A DNA stretch of 64,000 nucleotides from Paramecium tetraurelia (lineage: Eukaryota). Shown piece by piece: positions 41,099-55,300 of this stretch. Below the pieces are notes generated by a model. It saw only the letters and a program-made list of their open reading frames with translations. It was not told the DNA's origin and ran no database searches. The translations under genes and the position numbers were made by a program. The first letter of the stretch is position 1; each line of letters opens with the position of its first letter. The DNA lies in the NCBI GenBank assembly GCA_000165425.1, contig CT868671.1, forward strand, positions 1-64,000, given 5' to 3'.

Positions 41099-44000
41099 AT
41101 GAATATAGTTGAGTACAGAAAGCATCGGAATGAAAACTAAATCAGAACTTGTTGTTGCAAAAGAAGAGCCCCTTGGGAATTACAACCAGATAGAAAAGTA
41201 TAACAAGTGTTTAAATTCTTAGATTCTGATTGGTACCGCAGATAAAAATATTCCCAATAATAGAGTCGAGACTTCTAAGTATAATATGCTCACATTCTTA
41301 CCCAAAAACTCATTGGAATAATTTAGGAAGGCATCCAATTTGTATTTTTTGCTTCTAGGCATCTTGTAATCAGTTTGAATTCAATTTAGTCAAATCCTAC
41401 CTCCAGTCACCACTACCGATGGACAACCCACTGTTTATTTACCTCTGTCATTCATCATTATGGTCAGCATGATCAAAGATTTTTTTGAAGACTTTAAAAG
41501 GTACCTCAATCATCACCATTAGACACCGAGCAGATGATGAAGAAAACAATCGAACAGTATAAAAATATTCACTTCGAACAGGAGTCTTTGAGTATGACAA
41601 ATGGTAGAATGTGTATGTTGGAGACATTATCAGAATTGCAAATAAATAGGTTTGATTTTAACTTAAGAGTAGAGAATTCCTGCTGATATTATTATCTTAG
41701 CTACTTCTAAGGGAGGAGAATGCTTTGTAGAAACTAAGAATTTAGACGGTGAAACCAATCTCAAACCCAAATATGCGCATCCATAATTGCAAACCTTATA
41801 CAAATAATTAAATGAAAAAGAGTTACCTTATAATTTGTATCTTTCAAATAAAATATCTTAGATTTGTAACAATGGATTTTGAACGATAAAATCCTTTAAT
41901 GTATAAATTTAAGGGTAGCTTCAATATTGTTAATGAAAATAAGGAATTACCAAAGGAAGCATTGAATTATGAGAACTTCTTAGAAAGAGGGTGTTCTCTC
42001 TAGAATACTGACTGGATTTTGGCAGTTACTGTATATACAGGACATGACACCAAGATTATGATGAACTCTATTATAGGAAAGATGAAATATAGCACGGTTG
42101 AGAAATTGATGAGTAAGTAGATCTTATGGGTGTTCTTATTTTTGTTGTTTGAATGTATTTTTGCATCAACTTATTATAATGTATGGTACCAAAGAAACAT
42201 GAATGAATTACAATATTATTTGAATATTGATAAAAATGCTCCAGAAAACAATACCTTTTACAATTTTGTCTTAAGATTTGCAATGTGGTTTTTATTATTA
42301 GGTAATAGTGTCCCAATTTCATTATTGGTTACTTTAGAAACAGTCAAGTTCTTTTAAGCATAAATGATTTAATGGGATAAGAATTATCTAACACTTGATC
42401 GTCCTGCTGCAGTTCATTCCTCAAATTTAAGTGAAGAATTGGGAGTTATTGAATATATATTTAGTGATAAAACGGGAACTTTGACATAGAACGTTATGAA
42501 ATTTAAATCTATTATTATTGATGAAGTTGTTTATGGGGATATAGAGGAATAAAACTAAAATTAATAAGATATAATAGATGAAAAACCATTTAAAGAAAAG
42601 CATAGAATTGTATCTTAAAATGTTGATTTTACAGATGACACCTTATACTCTGAATTGATTTCTGAATTTATGAATAAAAAATAAGCAAAGAATTTCACAA
42701 ACAATGACCATGTATTCCTAAGTCTCCTCTGTTTATCTTTGTGTCATACAATTTAAACAGAATTGGTTGAGAATATTGAATCTGAGATTTAATATAACGC
42801 TAGTTCTCCAGATGAATTAGCATTGGTTAGTTTTGCAGCTGAGATGGGATTTAAATATATTGGAAAAGAAGAAAATGTGATGAAAGTTTACATAAAACAT
42901 TCAAAGGAAACCTTAAAGTTTTAAATTTAATAGGTTATTGAGTTTAATAGTACGAGAAAGAGAATGTCAATAGTTTTAAAAGATCAAAATGGAAGATTGA
43001 CTTTGTTTTGTAAAGGAGCAGATAATGTTATTTTATCTATGTTATAAGATTTTGAGGAAAACGATACTATTTAGAAAAACATCTTATTTGAAATAAAAAA
43101 GCAATTGCAAGAGTATGCTACTATTGGACTAAGAACTCTAGTTTTGGGATACAAGGAATTAGAGTAAAAAGAATATGAAAAGTTTTTATCTGAATATAAT
43201 AGAGCATAATCCATTTTAGATGATGATTAATTGAGAGAGTCACTGATGAATCAATTAGAGGAAATGATTGAAAATAATCTATAATTACTATGTGCAACAG
43301 CCATCGAAGATAAATTATAAGATAAAGTCGGAGAAGTAATTGCTGATTTAAAATCTGCTGGAATTAATGTATGGGTTTTGACTGGAGATAAGATAGAAAC
43401 AGCTATTAATATTGGATTTTCATGTAAATTACTTACGGATTAAGTGAAAAGATTTATTATAGATGGAGATTAAGAAGGATAGGTTGAAAGACAATTAGCC
43501 AAAGTTACTAATAGCATTAATGAACATCCTGAAGAACCTCTATCGTTGATAGTATCAGGAGTGGCTCTTGTTATTATCATACATAATTTTAAAGAAGCAT
43601 TTTTTAAGGTAGCTTTGAAAGCAAATGCTGTTATGGCTTGTAGGGTATCTCCGAAACAAAAATAAGAAATTGTGAATTTGGTTAGGAGATTGACTGGTAA
43701 AATAACATTAGCTATTGGAGATGGTGCAAATGATGTCGCTATGATCACTTAGGCCCATGTTGGTATAGGAATTAGAGGCTTAGAAGGGTAGTAGGCAGCA
43801 AAGGCAAGTGATTATGCTATAGGAGAATTTAAACATTTAAGAAGGTTGCTGTTTTATTCAGGACACGAATCTTATAGGAAGAACAGTAATTTAATTCTAT
43901 TTAACTTTTACAAGAATTAATTATATATTGGAGCATTTTTCTTTTTTGGCTTTTCAAATGGATTTAGTGGGTAAAATCTATATGATTAATGGCTTTCATA

Positions 44001-44654
44001 AATTTTCAATGTATTCTTCACAAGTTTACCTATTATTCTATATGCATTATTTGATGAGAAATATCCAAACTCAAATTATATGCAATTGGTTTAGGATAAG
44101 GCTAATTTCTTAGAATCCAGACCTGATATTTATAGGGAGTATTTGACAAAGCCCATATTTAACTTAGTGTCCTTTTGGCAATAATTCTTTTGGGGGTTGT
44201 TGTAAGCTATATTGTTAATGGTAATTTCATTTTATGCATTTGAACCTATTTCACCACATATTCATGGATAGAATTCGACTTATTTAGAAGCTGGAATGAC
44301 AATAATGAGTGCAGTTGTTATTATTGTAAATGTTAAAGTGCTACTTCTACACAATACTGTAAATATAATCATACTTATAATTTATAGAATTATCCTATTA
44401 TAGTCTACATTAATATTGGATCAACCACCTGCTTTATATTATTTTTCTTCCTTTTCTCGCAATACCCCTTTTTTGAAAGTTTTGATCTCTTTCAAAGATT
44501 GTATGAGTGCTTTAATTACTATATGGCAATTATATTAATGTTGACTGTAACCAACTTCTTTGATCTTGGGAGACAAAGATATAATTACTTTGTTGATTAA
44601 CTAAGAGAACATCAGTAAAACAACCCACCAACTTAATTAGAAATTGAAATGTGA
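41099..44654 (+). CDS. P4-type ATPase (phospholipid flippase)
   Basis: [89 protein letters not shown]. Confidence 0.97.
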
Positions 44655-44679
44655 TATATATATATAAATTATATTTTTA

Positions 44680-45772
44680 ATGAACGATCATGAAAGTAGT
44701 GATTCTAGCAGTGATGAATTTTATGAGAAAATTAAAGCTCAAGTAAGTAGCAATTCTAAATTAAGTTAAATATCATGGATGATGAAGAGAGGAGTTCAAG
44801 AATTGTAAGCAGAAATGAAGTATTACCAAAAGTTGCATTTGTTCCTCCAGAATCCAAAGAACAAAGGGAATTCAATTTCAATTATAAAAATTCAGATCGA
44901 ATTCAACTGATTGGCAAAATTGAATCCCTAACTAAGGAAAACATTATCATTTATTCCAATCTTTTGGAATTTGTCATCAATTTAGATTAATTAATAGTTA
45001 ATGGCTAATAAGAGATCTTAGGAAAAGTTGATGATGTTTTTGGGAAAGTTGAAAGACCACATTATTCAATTTTGTTGGATGGATATGTGAACAACCTAGT
45101 TTAAACTAATTAACTAAAAATTGGCGATGATGTCTTTATTAATATTGATAGCACTTCAGTTCTTAATCCTGATGCTATCAAGTAATTACTTAAGTAATTT
45201 TAAATGTTATCAAAAGCAAAAAAGGCTGCGATGCTTCTAATTAATTTGATGAAGAAGTTCTTAATGATTGTGATGTTGAGTATTCAGATGACGAGATCGA
45301 AGCTGTGTCTAAAAAGAGAGGAAACAAAGAAGAAGGAGAAGTGAAGAAGAATCATAAAAAAAACAAAGAAAAGCATCCTAACTAATAAAAGCATGATAAA
45401 TAATTACCATTTCCTTAATAAAAATTTAAAGCTTAGGGTAATAACCCGTAAACATAATAATAACAATAATAAATGATGTAAATGTAGCATTCTATGCAGT
45501 AATAGCAATACTATTAATAAATGTTTCTTTAATAGCAGATGTAATTGTAAATGTAATAATAATAATAATATTAATAACTAATATCTAATTAGTAGGCTTT
45601 TCCATAATAATAAATGCAATAGCCTTAATACATGTAACAAATATATCAGTAACCTTAATAATTATAGCCAAACCCTCAATTAAATCTCCCTTACAATACA
45701 TAATAAATTAATTAATAACTAAATTAGAACTTGAATTCCCTTTTCTAAAATATTAAACCATAAGATTAATGA
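44680..45772 (+). CDS. NAF1: H/ACA RNP assembly factor NAF1 (Gar1/Naf1 domain) with polyQ tail
   Basis: LGKVDDVFGKVERPHYSI, KKGCDASNQFDEEV...EYSDDE; the C-terminal Q-rich tract is encoded largely by TAA/TAG. Confidence 0.85.
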
Positions 45773-45882
45773 TTAAGTTTTTGTATATAATTTATTATTA
45801 TAATTTTTAATAATTTGCGATCATCTTGAGACTATTTATATTTCAAAATTATCATATTAAATAAATATACACATTGATATAT

Positions 45883-47176
45883 TCATTTCTCAAAGTATGC
45901 TCTTAAGAGATATTCAGTAATTTGTTAGACAGATTTATTTGTATCATAAACAAATCTATCTAAAATGTCTTTAAAAGTGGAACTTTGCATTTGGATATAT
46001 TTTTAATACTTATCGATCTCAGTACATTAAAATAAGGATAAAGCAATGCAATTTAAAGCTGCATAGTTCATGGTCGTGGATATATCCTACCTTAGAATCT
46101 CAAATAGCATATCTAATAAATGATATTAGTCCATAAGCTGCAAAAAATGTTATCTTTTGCGTAGTACTATTTCTAGAAGTTTTAGTATTTCAATTTATCC
46201 ATCTATGAAAGTATTTTTAAGTAGTTTGACTAAATCATCATTTATAAATTTAAAGTAAGTGTCATTTTCTTCAAAAATCATGAACAATAATTTAGTAGAC
46301 CTAACCATAGTTTTTTCGTGTCTATACAGATTGCTTTGAAGAACAAACATTAATTCTGAAGTTACAATTTATTCATAGTACATTTTTTCAATTGCATTTT
46401 AAACTAAATAATGTATTGCTAGTAATAACTAATCACAACAAAAGACTTCGGAGTTGGGTTGCTTTAGAAAATGCAATAAGCATTTCCAAGGCTTCCTATC
46501 CTCAGAATTAGCTGAATTGAGAGCTTCCCAATAAAATTAATTAGCTTATGGATATTTTTGAATTAAGTGTGGGAGAATGCGAATTTACATTTAAGTAGTG
46601 CTATTTCTGCATTAAATCAATTCTTCGCAACAGATCAAAAACACTTGTTTCAGAAATGGAAAAGGAGTGTGTGCTGAATTTGAAAGAATAAGCATAAATT
46701 CCCAATATAGCTTTTCTATGTTCTTCAAATAAATTGCCGCTAGATATAGGTTTAAATATTAAGTTAGTCTCTCTTTTTAATATCTGATCAGAGAAGATAT
46801 GCTTAATTACTGTTGGTTCAATGCATAAATTGCACATTAAGCTCAAAACACAAATTAAGGTCTAAAGTCATTGTGTTTCAGTGTTTTGTAAATATCATGA
46901 TCTATAATGTAGACACTGTATTTTGCACTTAATTGCTATACCAATTATATGAGTTTTTCTAAGTTTTAGTTGTCTGGATTTTGAAGAATAAGCTAAATCT
47001 GATTCTCAATTTGATCTTTGTATTTAAGTTCAAAATCGATTAAATTGTTGCATTCATTTAGATCCATGAATTAAATTGCACTTTTCAAATCTCTTCTTGC
47101 TGAATTCTTTTTCTAGATTTTACTTACGAATTTCTGTTCTAAATTATTCTCTTCTTTTAACTATTATATCACTCAT
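45883..47176 (-). CDS. Importin-alpha-like / ARM-repeat protein with IBB-like N-terminus
   Basis: MSDIIVKRREQFRTEIRKQNLEK resembles an IBB motif, followed by a helical repeat body. Needs a 28-nt intron (47100-47127) or a frameshift near 47100. Confidence 0.5.
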
Positions 47177-47465
47177 TAATTATAAAACTCATATTAAAAT
47201 CAAATATTTAATAACATCAAATATAAAAACTTAGACATAATTCAGAAGTAGTGTGTCAGAAATTTTATGATTCATTTTTAGATTTTGAATTCTTATATGT
47301 TTTAAATGATTTTCCTTTATTCTTATTTGATGTTATTAAGCCGAATAAAATAAGGACCAAAAATTTTGTTAAAATACATATATAATGGAATTTTATAGAA
47401 TTAAAATAACAAAATTGGCATATTAAATATATAAAATATAATTAATTTGTTAAAATACATAAGGA

Positions 47466-49324
47466 ATGTAGTATGAAATCAAGATAATGGGTTATGAGAA
47501 TACGACAGACAATGTTTTATATAGAATTCGCATTATCGATCTTTTTACACTTGATTAGAGAGAAATTAGAGTTAGATATAGTCTCTTGCTTGACCTTCAT
47601 AATGCCATGCAAGAATACAATATAAATTATTAAGTAACTATTATCTAAATCTAGCTTCCTCAATTTCCAAAAAAGGAATACTTAAAGACATTGTTTGGAG
47701 AAAATAAAGTGATCAAGCAACGTGAATAAAAAATAGGGGAATATTTTCAATAGCTTCTTAAATGTCCTCCTCCTAATCATAAATTATTGCTTGATTTTCT
47801 TAGAGAAGGGGTTGATACTATTAGACAATAGGAATTATTAAAGGAAGTCAACTCTAAAGCTGAGATACTCAAATATTTAAAGGATGAAAAGTTGCTAAAA
47901 AGGGGACAATTTGGAAAAACAACTTTATATAGCATAAACGGAAAAAAAATAATTCTGCATAAGTTTTATGTCATTTAGCAACAAAGTGATTAACTGTTTT
48001 CATTTTATATGAAGGCTCATTTAAATATTTTAGAACACAGCTTGTTTACTCAAGTGCATTCTGTATTCTATATACGACCCAAAGCTAACTTTGTTGACTC
48101 TATGCTTGGCTAAGTGAAATAGCCAAAAGTTAGCAAAAAACCCAATATTTTTACTAATTTATATCCCCAATATATAAGAGGAGAGGCAGTGAAGATATTC
48201 TCATTTGAAGAATATGAGGGATAAAATCTAAACGAAGTGATTAAAGATCGAAAAACTAAAAATAAGCCTTTTACTTTAGATGAGCTCTTAAATATTATAT
48301 AGAAAATCCTCCAAGCGATTATTTAATTACATAAGCGCAACATTTTTCCTAACAGAATTTTACCCACTTCCATTATCATCAACAATGAGAGTGTTAAATT
48401 GGCTAGTATTTAAGAACCTAATGCCAAATATAAGGAAAAATAGTTGTTGGAAGGACATGCCAATAATAGTGAGTAAAGTTATGATATTGTTTATTATCCT
48501 CCTGAAAAATTGAGTTAATAGTTTTCATAATAAATAAATGGAAAGTTGATAGATAGTTGGCATTTTGGAGTTTGTATATTAATGGCAGCTTTGCTCTATA
48601 CAAATAAAGAATTGGAAGGAATTCATTCATCTTATTAAGTTGATAAATTTGCTAATCAAGTGTAGTTGTTATATGGGTATATTTAATAAATTTAATATAG
48701 GTAAGTGATGTAATAGCAGAAATAATTATGCTGAGTCTAAAACAATAATCACACTAAAGAGCAGATATTAGGGAATTGTATTTTTTGGCCAATTAAACAG
48801 CAATTATCAAATTTCAATCAAACGTTTTGAATCAGTAAGAGAAATCTTAAATTACATACTTAACAATTAATAACATAACATAAGAGCAGTTAGACAATCT
48901 TGAATAGCTCATTCAAAAGTCTCCAATTTTATCAGTTAAAATAAATCTATATAAATAATAAATAGATTAATAGGAATTAGATAAATTATTACAAATACTG
49001 GGTAATTTTGCTGAAGTAAAGTATATTTCAATGATTTTAAATAAGTAAGAATAGAATTAAATGATTAGAACATAAAATTTAAATTTTGGAAACCTGTGTG
49101 TTGGTTTATAAAAATTAAGGCAATTGAAACGTATCTCATTGGATTTGAAGGGAATCAATTTAGAAAAAGAAGAAATTGACTAGGCATTAAAAACATTTAA
49201 ATAAATGGATTCAATTGAAAGATTTATATTGGATTGTTCATCTATGGAATTTATTAATAGTTTGAAATCAGAATTGAAATTAGAGAGTAATTTAGTTTTG
49301 TATTTTGAATCATAATTAATTTGA
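47466..49324 (+). CDS. PX domain - pseudokinase - LRR-like protein
   Basis: PX (VLYRIRI...RVRYSLLLDLH...LPQFPKK...IKQREQKIGKYFQQLL), kinase fold with degenerate motifs (KRGQFGKT, LHKRNIFPNRILPTSII, KVDSWHFG), LRR-like LKRISLDLKGINL. Confidence 0.75.
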
Positions 49325-49330
49325 TTAATT

Positions 49331-52300
49331 TCATAACATATCAGCAGGTTATTTAGCAGCATTCCTTAATTTTTTTCTATTTTTAATGGAATTCAACATT
49401 TAACTTGCTTATCTCATAGTATCCACGATATTGACAATCTAAATATAAAAATAGATAATTACATCTTTAGAAATACGTTCAATCTTTTTAGATTCTTCTT
49501 CCTCATCCTACTTAATATTTTGTAATTCTCTAGCTTTATTGAATGGAAACCATGTTAGATCTTTCTTCTATATTTTTTCCCAAACAAATTACTCAATTCC
49601 AGTATAATCTGTGGGATCTTTGTATTTGAGATAAGCCATAAAGAAAACATAATTCCACATATAATGATTAACTTTAATGTGATGATCAAAACCTCCGCCC
49701 ATTGAAGCTGTATCTGTTAATCTATCAAACGTAGTTTTAAGATTTCCACAAATAAAACATTTATCTTCAATATCCCTAACCTTATCACTTTCCTCCTCTC
49801 TTAAAGACCCGAATGTATCAATAATAATACCTGCCACGATATTAACCATGATAATAACTAAGAAAATATTTGAGGTGTTATCGAATACAAATCTACTTAC
49901 ACGATACTTTTCAACTACATCCTCATCTTCCAAATCAGACAAGTACCCCCCAACTCCACCATTAGCTTTAAATGTCCAATCAAATGTAAATAGGAAGCAA
50001 AACAATGTGGACTAACATTTCCCTTTGTAATCTTCAAAGAAGAATGTATAGGCAATAAGACCATACACATACACAAGAATTACGAAAAGTACCAATGTAA
50101 GTCCTAATTATTATTTAGGTTCCCAAACGGATCGAATAACATTCTTCAAAGTTGGATAACGGATTAATATCTCTGTTAAATGAAAACTAAAGAAGAAAGG
50201 ATGTAATACTGTTCCAATTACAGCCAAGGCACCATAAGCTAAATAATAAACGACTTCTATCTCTTTTAGAATATAAAACAACACTGCTAACAATTTAAAT
50301 ATCTTGTAGATCAATTGTATAGGCCAATAAGTAAACTTATCTTCAAATGGTAATTTGGTTTTCCATGCTTTCTTAATAATTAATGGAGCATTCTTAAACA
50401 AAAAGAAAGAAACAACAAATATTGAACAACAAGCCATAATAGTACCGCAAATCAAAAAAATATTTCTAGTTTGTTGGGGTGAATACTATTCATCTCTAAA
50501 TAATCTAAAATCTGTTATTCTATTCCCTGATTCATTTTGGGCAAATGATCCTATTATAAATAGATTTAATAATAAGGTAAATAAAAATGCCAAATCCTTC
50601 CATAATTTCACATAATTGGCAAACAAAGCTAGAAACTTCTATCTTTAGAATATTCGTCTTAATTGTTCCTCATGCTCACATATTTCGGTTAACCTTTCTG
50701 ATTCTTAAACTAAAAATTAAACCTTTGATTTAGTAGATGATCTATCGACATTTTCATGAAATTCTACCTTCTATTCTTTAGGTAAATTATGAGTATATGG
50801 TAAGAGTAGAAAATACACAATTTCTATCTCATTGTTCCTAACAACTTCTATGGATGCACTGTTTTTATAGAAAAAATCAAATGCTCTCCTCTTCATTTTT
50901 TCTTTTTCTGCTCTTCTTTCTCTATCTTATTTCTCTTATTGCTCGCTTGTCTAAGCCTAAGTAGCCATCTACTTTTGAGCTTCTTTCTTAATTTGATTCA
51001 TTAAGTCAATCCAACTGTTAGCGAATGACATCACAAAACTGACTAATTGACCTATTATATTATCTCCGAATAGCAAATCTTCTAAAGTGCCTTTGTCTTG
51101 CTTTAATTTCTTTCTAGTATTGGCTCTATACATCTAAACAAATGAATTTTCTACATTCTTCTCAGATTCCATATAATAACTCATTAAGAAATAGATATAA
51201 AAGCCTTTTTACAATATTAATTCATAATATTATTCTTCTTTTACTTTATCTTCTTGTTTTGCAGATTCTGGGTCTTCCTTAATTCTATCTAGGACTTCAA
51301 TCTAATAGCCTTCTTTACATTATTTTTCATATTTATGAAAACAACTTACCATATGTTTTTCTAATAACGGCGGTGTCAAATGTCTCATTATTCTTTTGAT
51401 AATTGGATTTGAATCTGATATTTCTCTCATTTCAATTAAGGATAGAATCAAAATTAAACATTTGGTTTGCATTCTTTCAATTTACCAAATTTTTAAATCA
51501 GATCCCTTCTGTTATTTTTGATATCGACCGGTTTTAGATGTCATCATTTTATTATTTTAAGTTTTTGATGTCTTTATATTTGATATCATTATTTAAGTTT
51601 TACCAGTGCTATCCTTCTCTTTTTTTTATCCAAATAAATCTGAGGCTATTTCAAAGAATTTAGAATCAGCAACTGCTATTTAATTTTCAGGACATGGACC
51701 TTAAACTAACTCATTTAATGTATCTAGACACAGAACCATATTTTCATATTGTGCTCTATCTTTATAGTAATAAGTTAGTAATAACTCTGCTACTTAGTTG
51801 ATCATATTAAATGAGTTTCTTGAATTTGTTTATTAACGAATATAATTTTATAGATCTAGATAATGTCCCTCACAACAATTTTATAAGAATTTTAAGACCT
51901 GAGTCAATAACAATTCCAAATCTTATTGCTATTTTAATTCTTATACATTATCCTCTTATTATTAAGAAGGTAAATTCCCCAATTATTATTCTTCAGTTTT
52001 TTTATCTTTTTCTTTGTTTGTGATTTATTTGATTTATGCCTGAATGACATTGTTTAATCTACTAAAGATGACTTCACTTTTTGGATAAGTCTTCATAAAT
52101 TCAAATATAGTTTTTTATACTTTATTGTTGCCTCCTGATAGTAAAGTATTTATAAACAATAAGAAATTTCTTAACATTTCTCCATCAAGAATAATTGATT
52201 CACTTAAGACTGTTAATACCATTCTAGTAGCTCCTAATTTATTAAATAAGTTTTGCACATCTTCCATTTCGTTGTTTTCTCCTTCAACTTCAACTTTTTC

Positions 52301-55300
52301 TTTTTATTCTTCCTTAGGTTTTCCTTCAATCACCTTTCTCAAAACACCTAACAAAGTTATAATGGTTTTATTATTTTAACTGCTATTTATGGCATAGCTT
52401 AAAAAATTAATAAATTTCTTTAATAGTATTACATATTCAACTTTTAAAATCTTTTCATTCTTGTCGTTTTTGTCACTCGGATTTCCAAAATACTATTCAA
52501 ATTTAACAATAGCCTCGGATAACTTTTGCAATTCATCCTAGACATAATTTTTACTTTTATCACTTAAGCATAATTGATTAACAAATTCTTCCCAACTCCC
52601 TGAGATTTTTTCAATCTCCGCTGACTCAAATTCAATAAGAGGTTCCTCCTTTTATTTTTTATTCGATGAAAGTGCTGACATAATACCTATCTTAGATTTA
52701 ACATTATTGCTTTAGAAAATTGTTTTCGGGGTATGATGATCCCCATGACTTTATTAAATTCCACTTTGTAAATGAATTACTTATTCGTTCAAATCTGACT
52801 AATAATTATCATTAGCTCCAGCCTGAATATTAGACAATACATCTCTGAAACCATTAAATTCCCCAAGATCTTCCATCAGTTTTGATTACCCTGAAACAGA
52901 CTAACACACTTTTCCCATAATAGTTAATGGAAAATAAGAATAAAAAGCAATTAACACAGAAACATGCTTTTTTCTATTAACATATTTACCAAGATGTAAT
53001 ATTTTAGACGATAATGTCTTAGCAAATGCTTAAAATGCTGCAATATCCTTTTATTCTTAATCATGTCCATCTTCATCTTCATCCTAATGAACTGATATAT
53101 TTTTTCTAATCAAATAAGTTGTAAATAATGGTATTACAGCTTCAATTAAGAAATCAAAGTATCTCAATTATTAGTGATCAAATTAGATATGTTCCAATCT
53201 CTTTATCTCAAAATCTATCATATTTAATAAATCATTCTTGATTTCCTTCAAAAAGTTTTGACTCTTCTCACTAGTGATATGTACGTTCATAAAGAAAATC
53301 CATAATTATTTCTTAATTAATCCAAATCCTTATTCCTGCAGAGAAGGATTTCTGCTGCATAAAGAATCTGGTTTACACAATAATTATATCATGTATTGAG
53401 CTGAAAATTTCTTTTTCAATTTTGCAACATTTATTGTAAAATTATCCTTCTAATCACCTTCAAGGACTTGAATTTAAGTACATTACAATAATAAATCCAA
53501 TAACTTTGCATGATAAAGAAATGGTTAATTCATAGGAGGATTAGATGCTAAATCTGTTAGAAAGTCTGATTAATGCAATTAAATATCACCCTCAAAGACG
53601 AATTCATTCTTTTCAGTAAACAATAATTCTTCTTTTTCTAAGAAAGTATTCAAAACAAGCAATTAATTATCAAAGATATATTTATTTCCTTATTTTATTA
53701 TGGTTAGGAAAAAGTCCAAGAATTGTGCTTTTCTTCCACTTTAATAAATCAGCTCGACAAATTTGTGGAACACTCTGTCATTCCTATTTATAGAAGTCAA
53801 TAGTTTTTGATTGTCTTTATAAATTTCGCAAATTAATGGTATCTATCCTACTTCTAAATGCATGTTTTCAAAATAAGATATGTACTATGATAACACTATC
53901 TAATTTTCATGGTTATTCCTGCAAAAATATGTTAAAAATTAAAATGCATATATAAACAATTAAGCCAACCTTTACTTTCTTTAAATATTTTTGATGTTTT
54001 CAAGATGGAAATCCAAAGCTGACATTTGATCTCTTATTAAATTTAAAATAGGCAAATGAATCTTTAAAGCATTCATTAAGTTCTATTTCTCAGCATCAAT
54101 CTCTTAAGTTCCGGAAATGATTTTAGAAGATATTTAAGTATCCTTAAAAAACCCCTATCTAAAATTATCTATTATTTCTAAGGTTTCCTCTAGATCGTCT
54201 TATTTTTAGGATTTAATATATTCTGCAAGCCAAACCTCAGATCTATCTACCAATTAATTTCAACCTCTACAAATTTTCACTAAGGAATTCATAGAGTCTA
54301 CTTTTAATTGGATCACTTACAAGTTACAACTTTAAGAGATTATTACAAAGCTCTTCTCTCTAATTAAATAATCTCATAATAATAGCCAAACATCTCTTTT
54401 CTAATTCTTCCTCGTGAATTTAAGAAAAGTTTGTAAATAAATATGGCAAAACTACTCCAATAGGGTTATTTATCTTGCTAATGTCTTCTTAAGGTAAATT
54501 TAATGAGAAGTATTAATCCAAATCATAGATCAGCATTTCATTCTAAGTAAAAACTTTGAATTCTTCAGATTCTGGTTTTGTTTCAGCTAATTTATTTAAA
54601 AAGTTTAATGCTCCTATACCAAAAGCATCTTGTTTCTCTTCTTTTTCATCCACTTCTTTTAAACCAGTTTTAGCTATATTTGGCATCAATCCCAATAAAT
54701 TTGATTCTGTCTTCCTCTAAACAAAAATTAATATTTTAGTCTCTTCTTATTCTTAAGATGCGTCATCTTTAGAAAATTTCAATTATTGAATCCCTTCTTG
54801 CATTTTTTCAATGATTTACTTCTTGAAAAAAGACAAACAATTCAACATCAGATAATTTTGCCTCATATCTAAGAATCTATCCATTACATCACAGAGAGTC
54901 AATTTGATTTTAATCTCTAATTGACTTGATCCAGTTTCTTCTCTTGTTAATAAGGTACTCTGGAGTTCATTCTCTAATTTGATAAACCCTCTCATCAAGG
55001 GATTAGTGTACATTTAAACATCATCCACAATACCCTCATCAATTTATTCATCATCGTCTGATTCTGACTTCTATTCTTCATCCGATCCAAACAGATTTAG
55101 ATTCAACCCTATATTCATTGGATTAGCCATGCTTATAAGATTAGCTCCTAAATTCAAACCAATTCCTAAAGGATTTACTTCTTTTCTTTCTTTTCTTTGA
55201 GTGATTTCTGATTTTTATACCTTATATACACTCTTCATCAAAGGCAACTAGGTAAAATCATAAAAAAAATAATGAATAACAATATCAATTATTTATTTAT

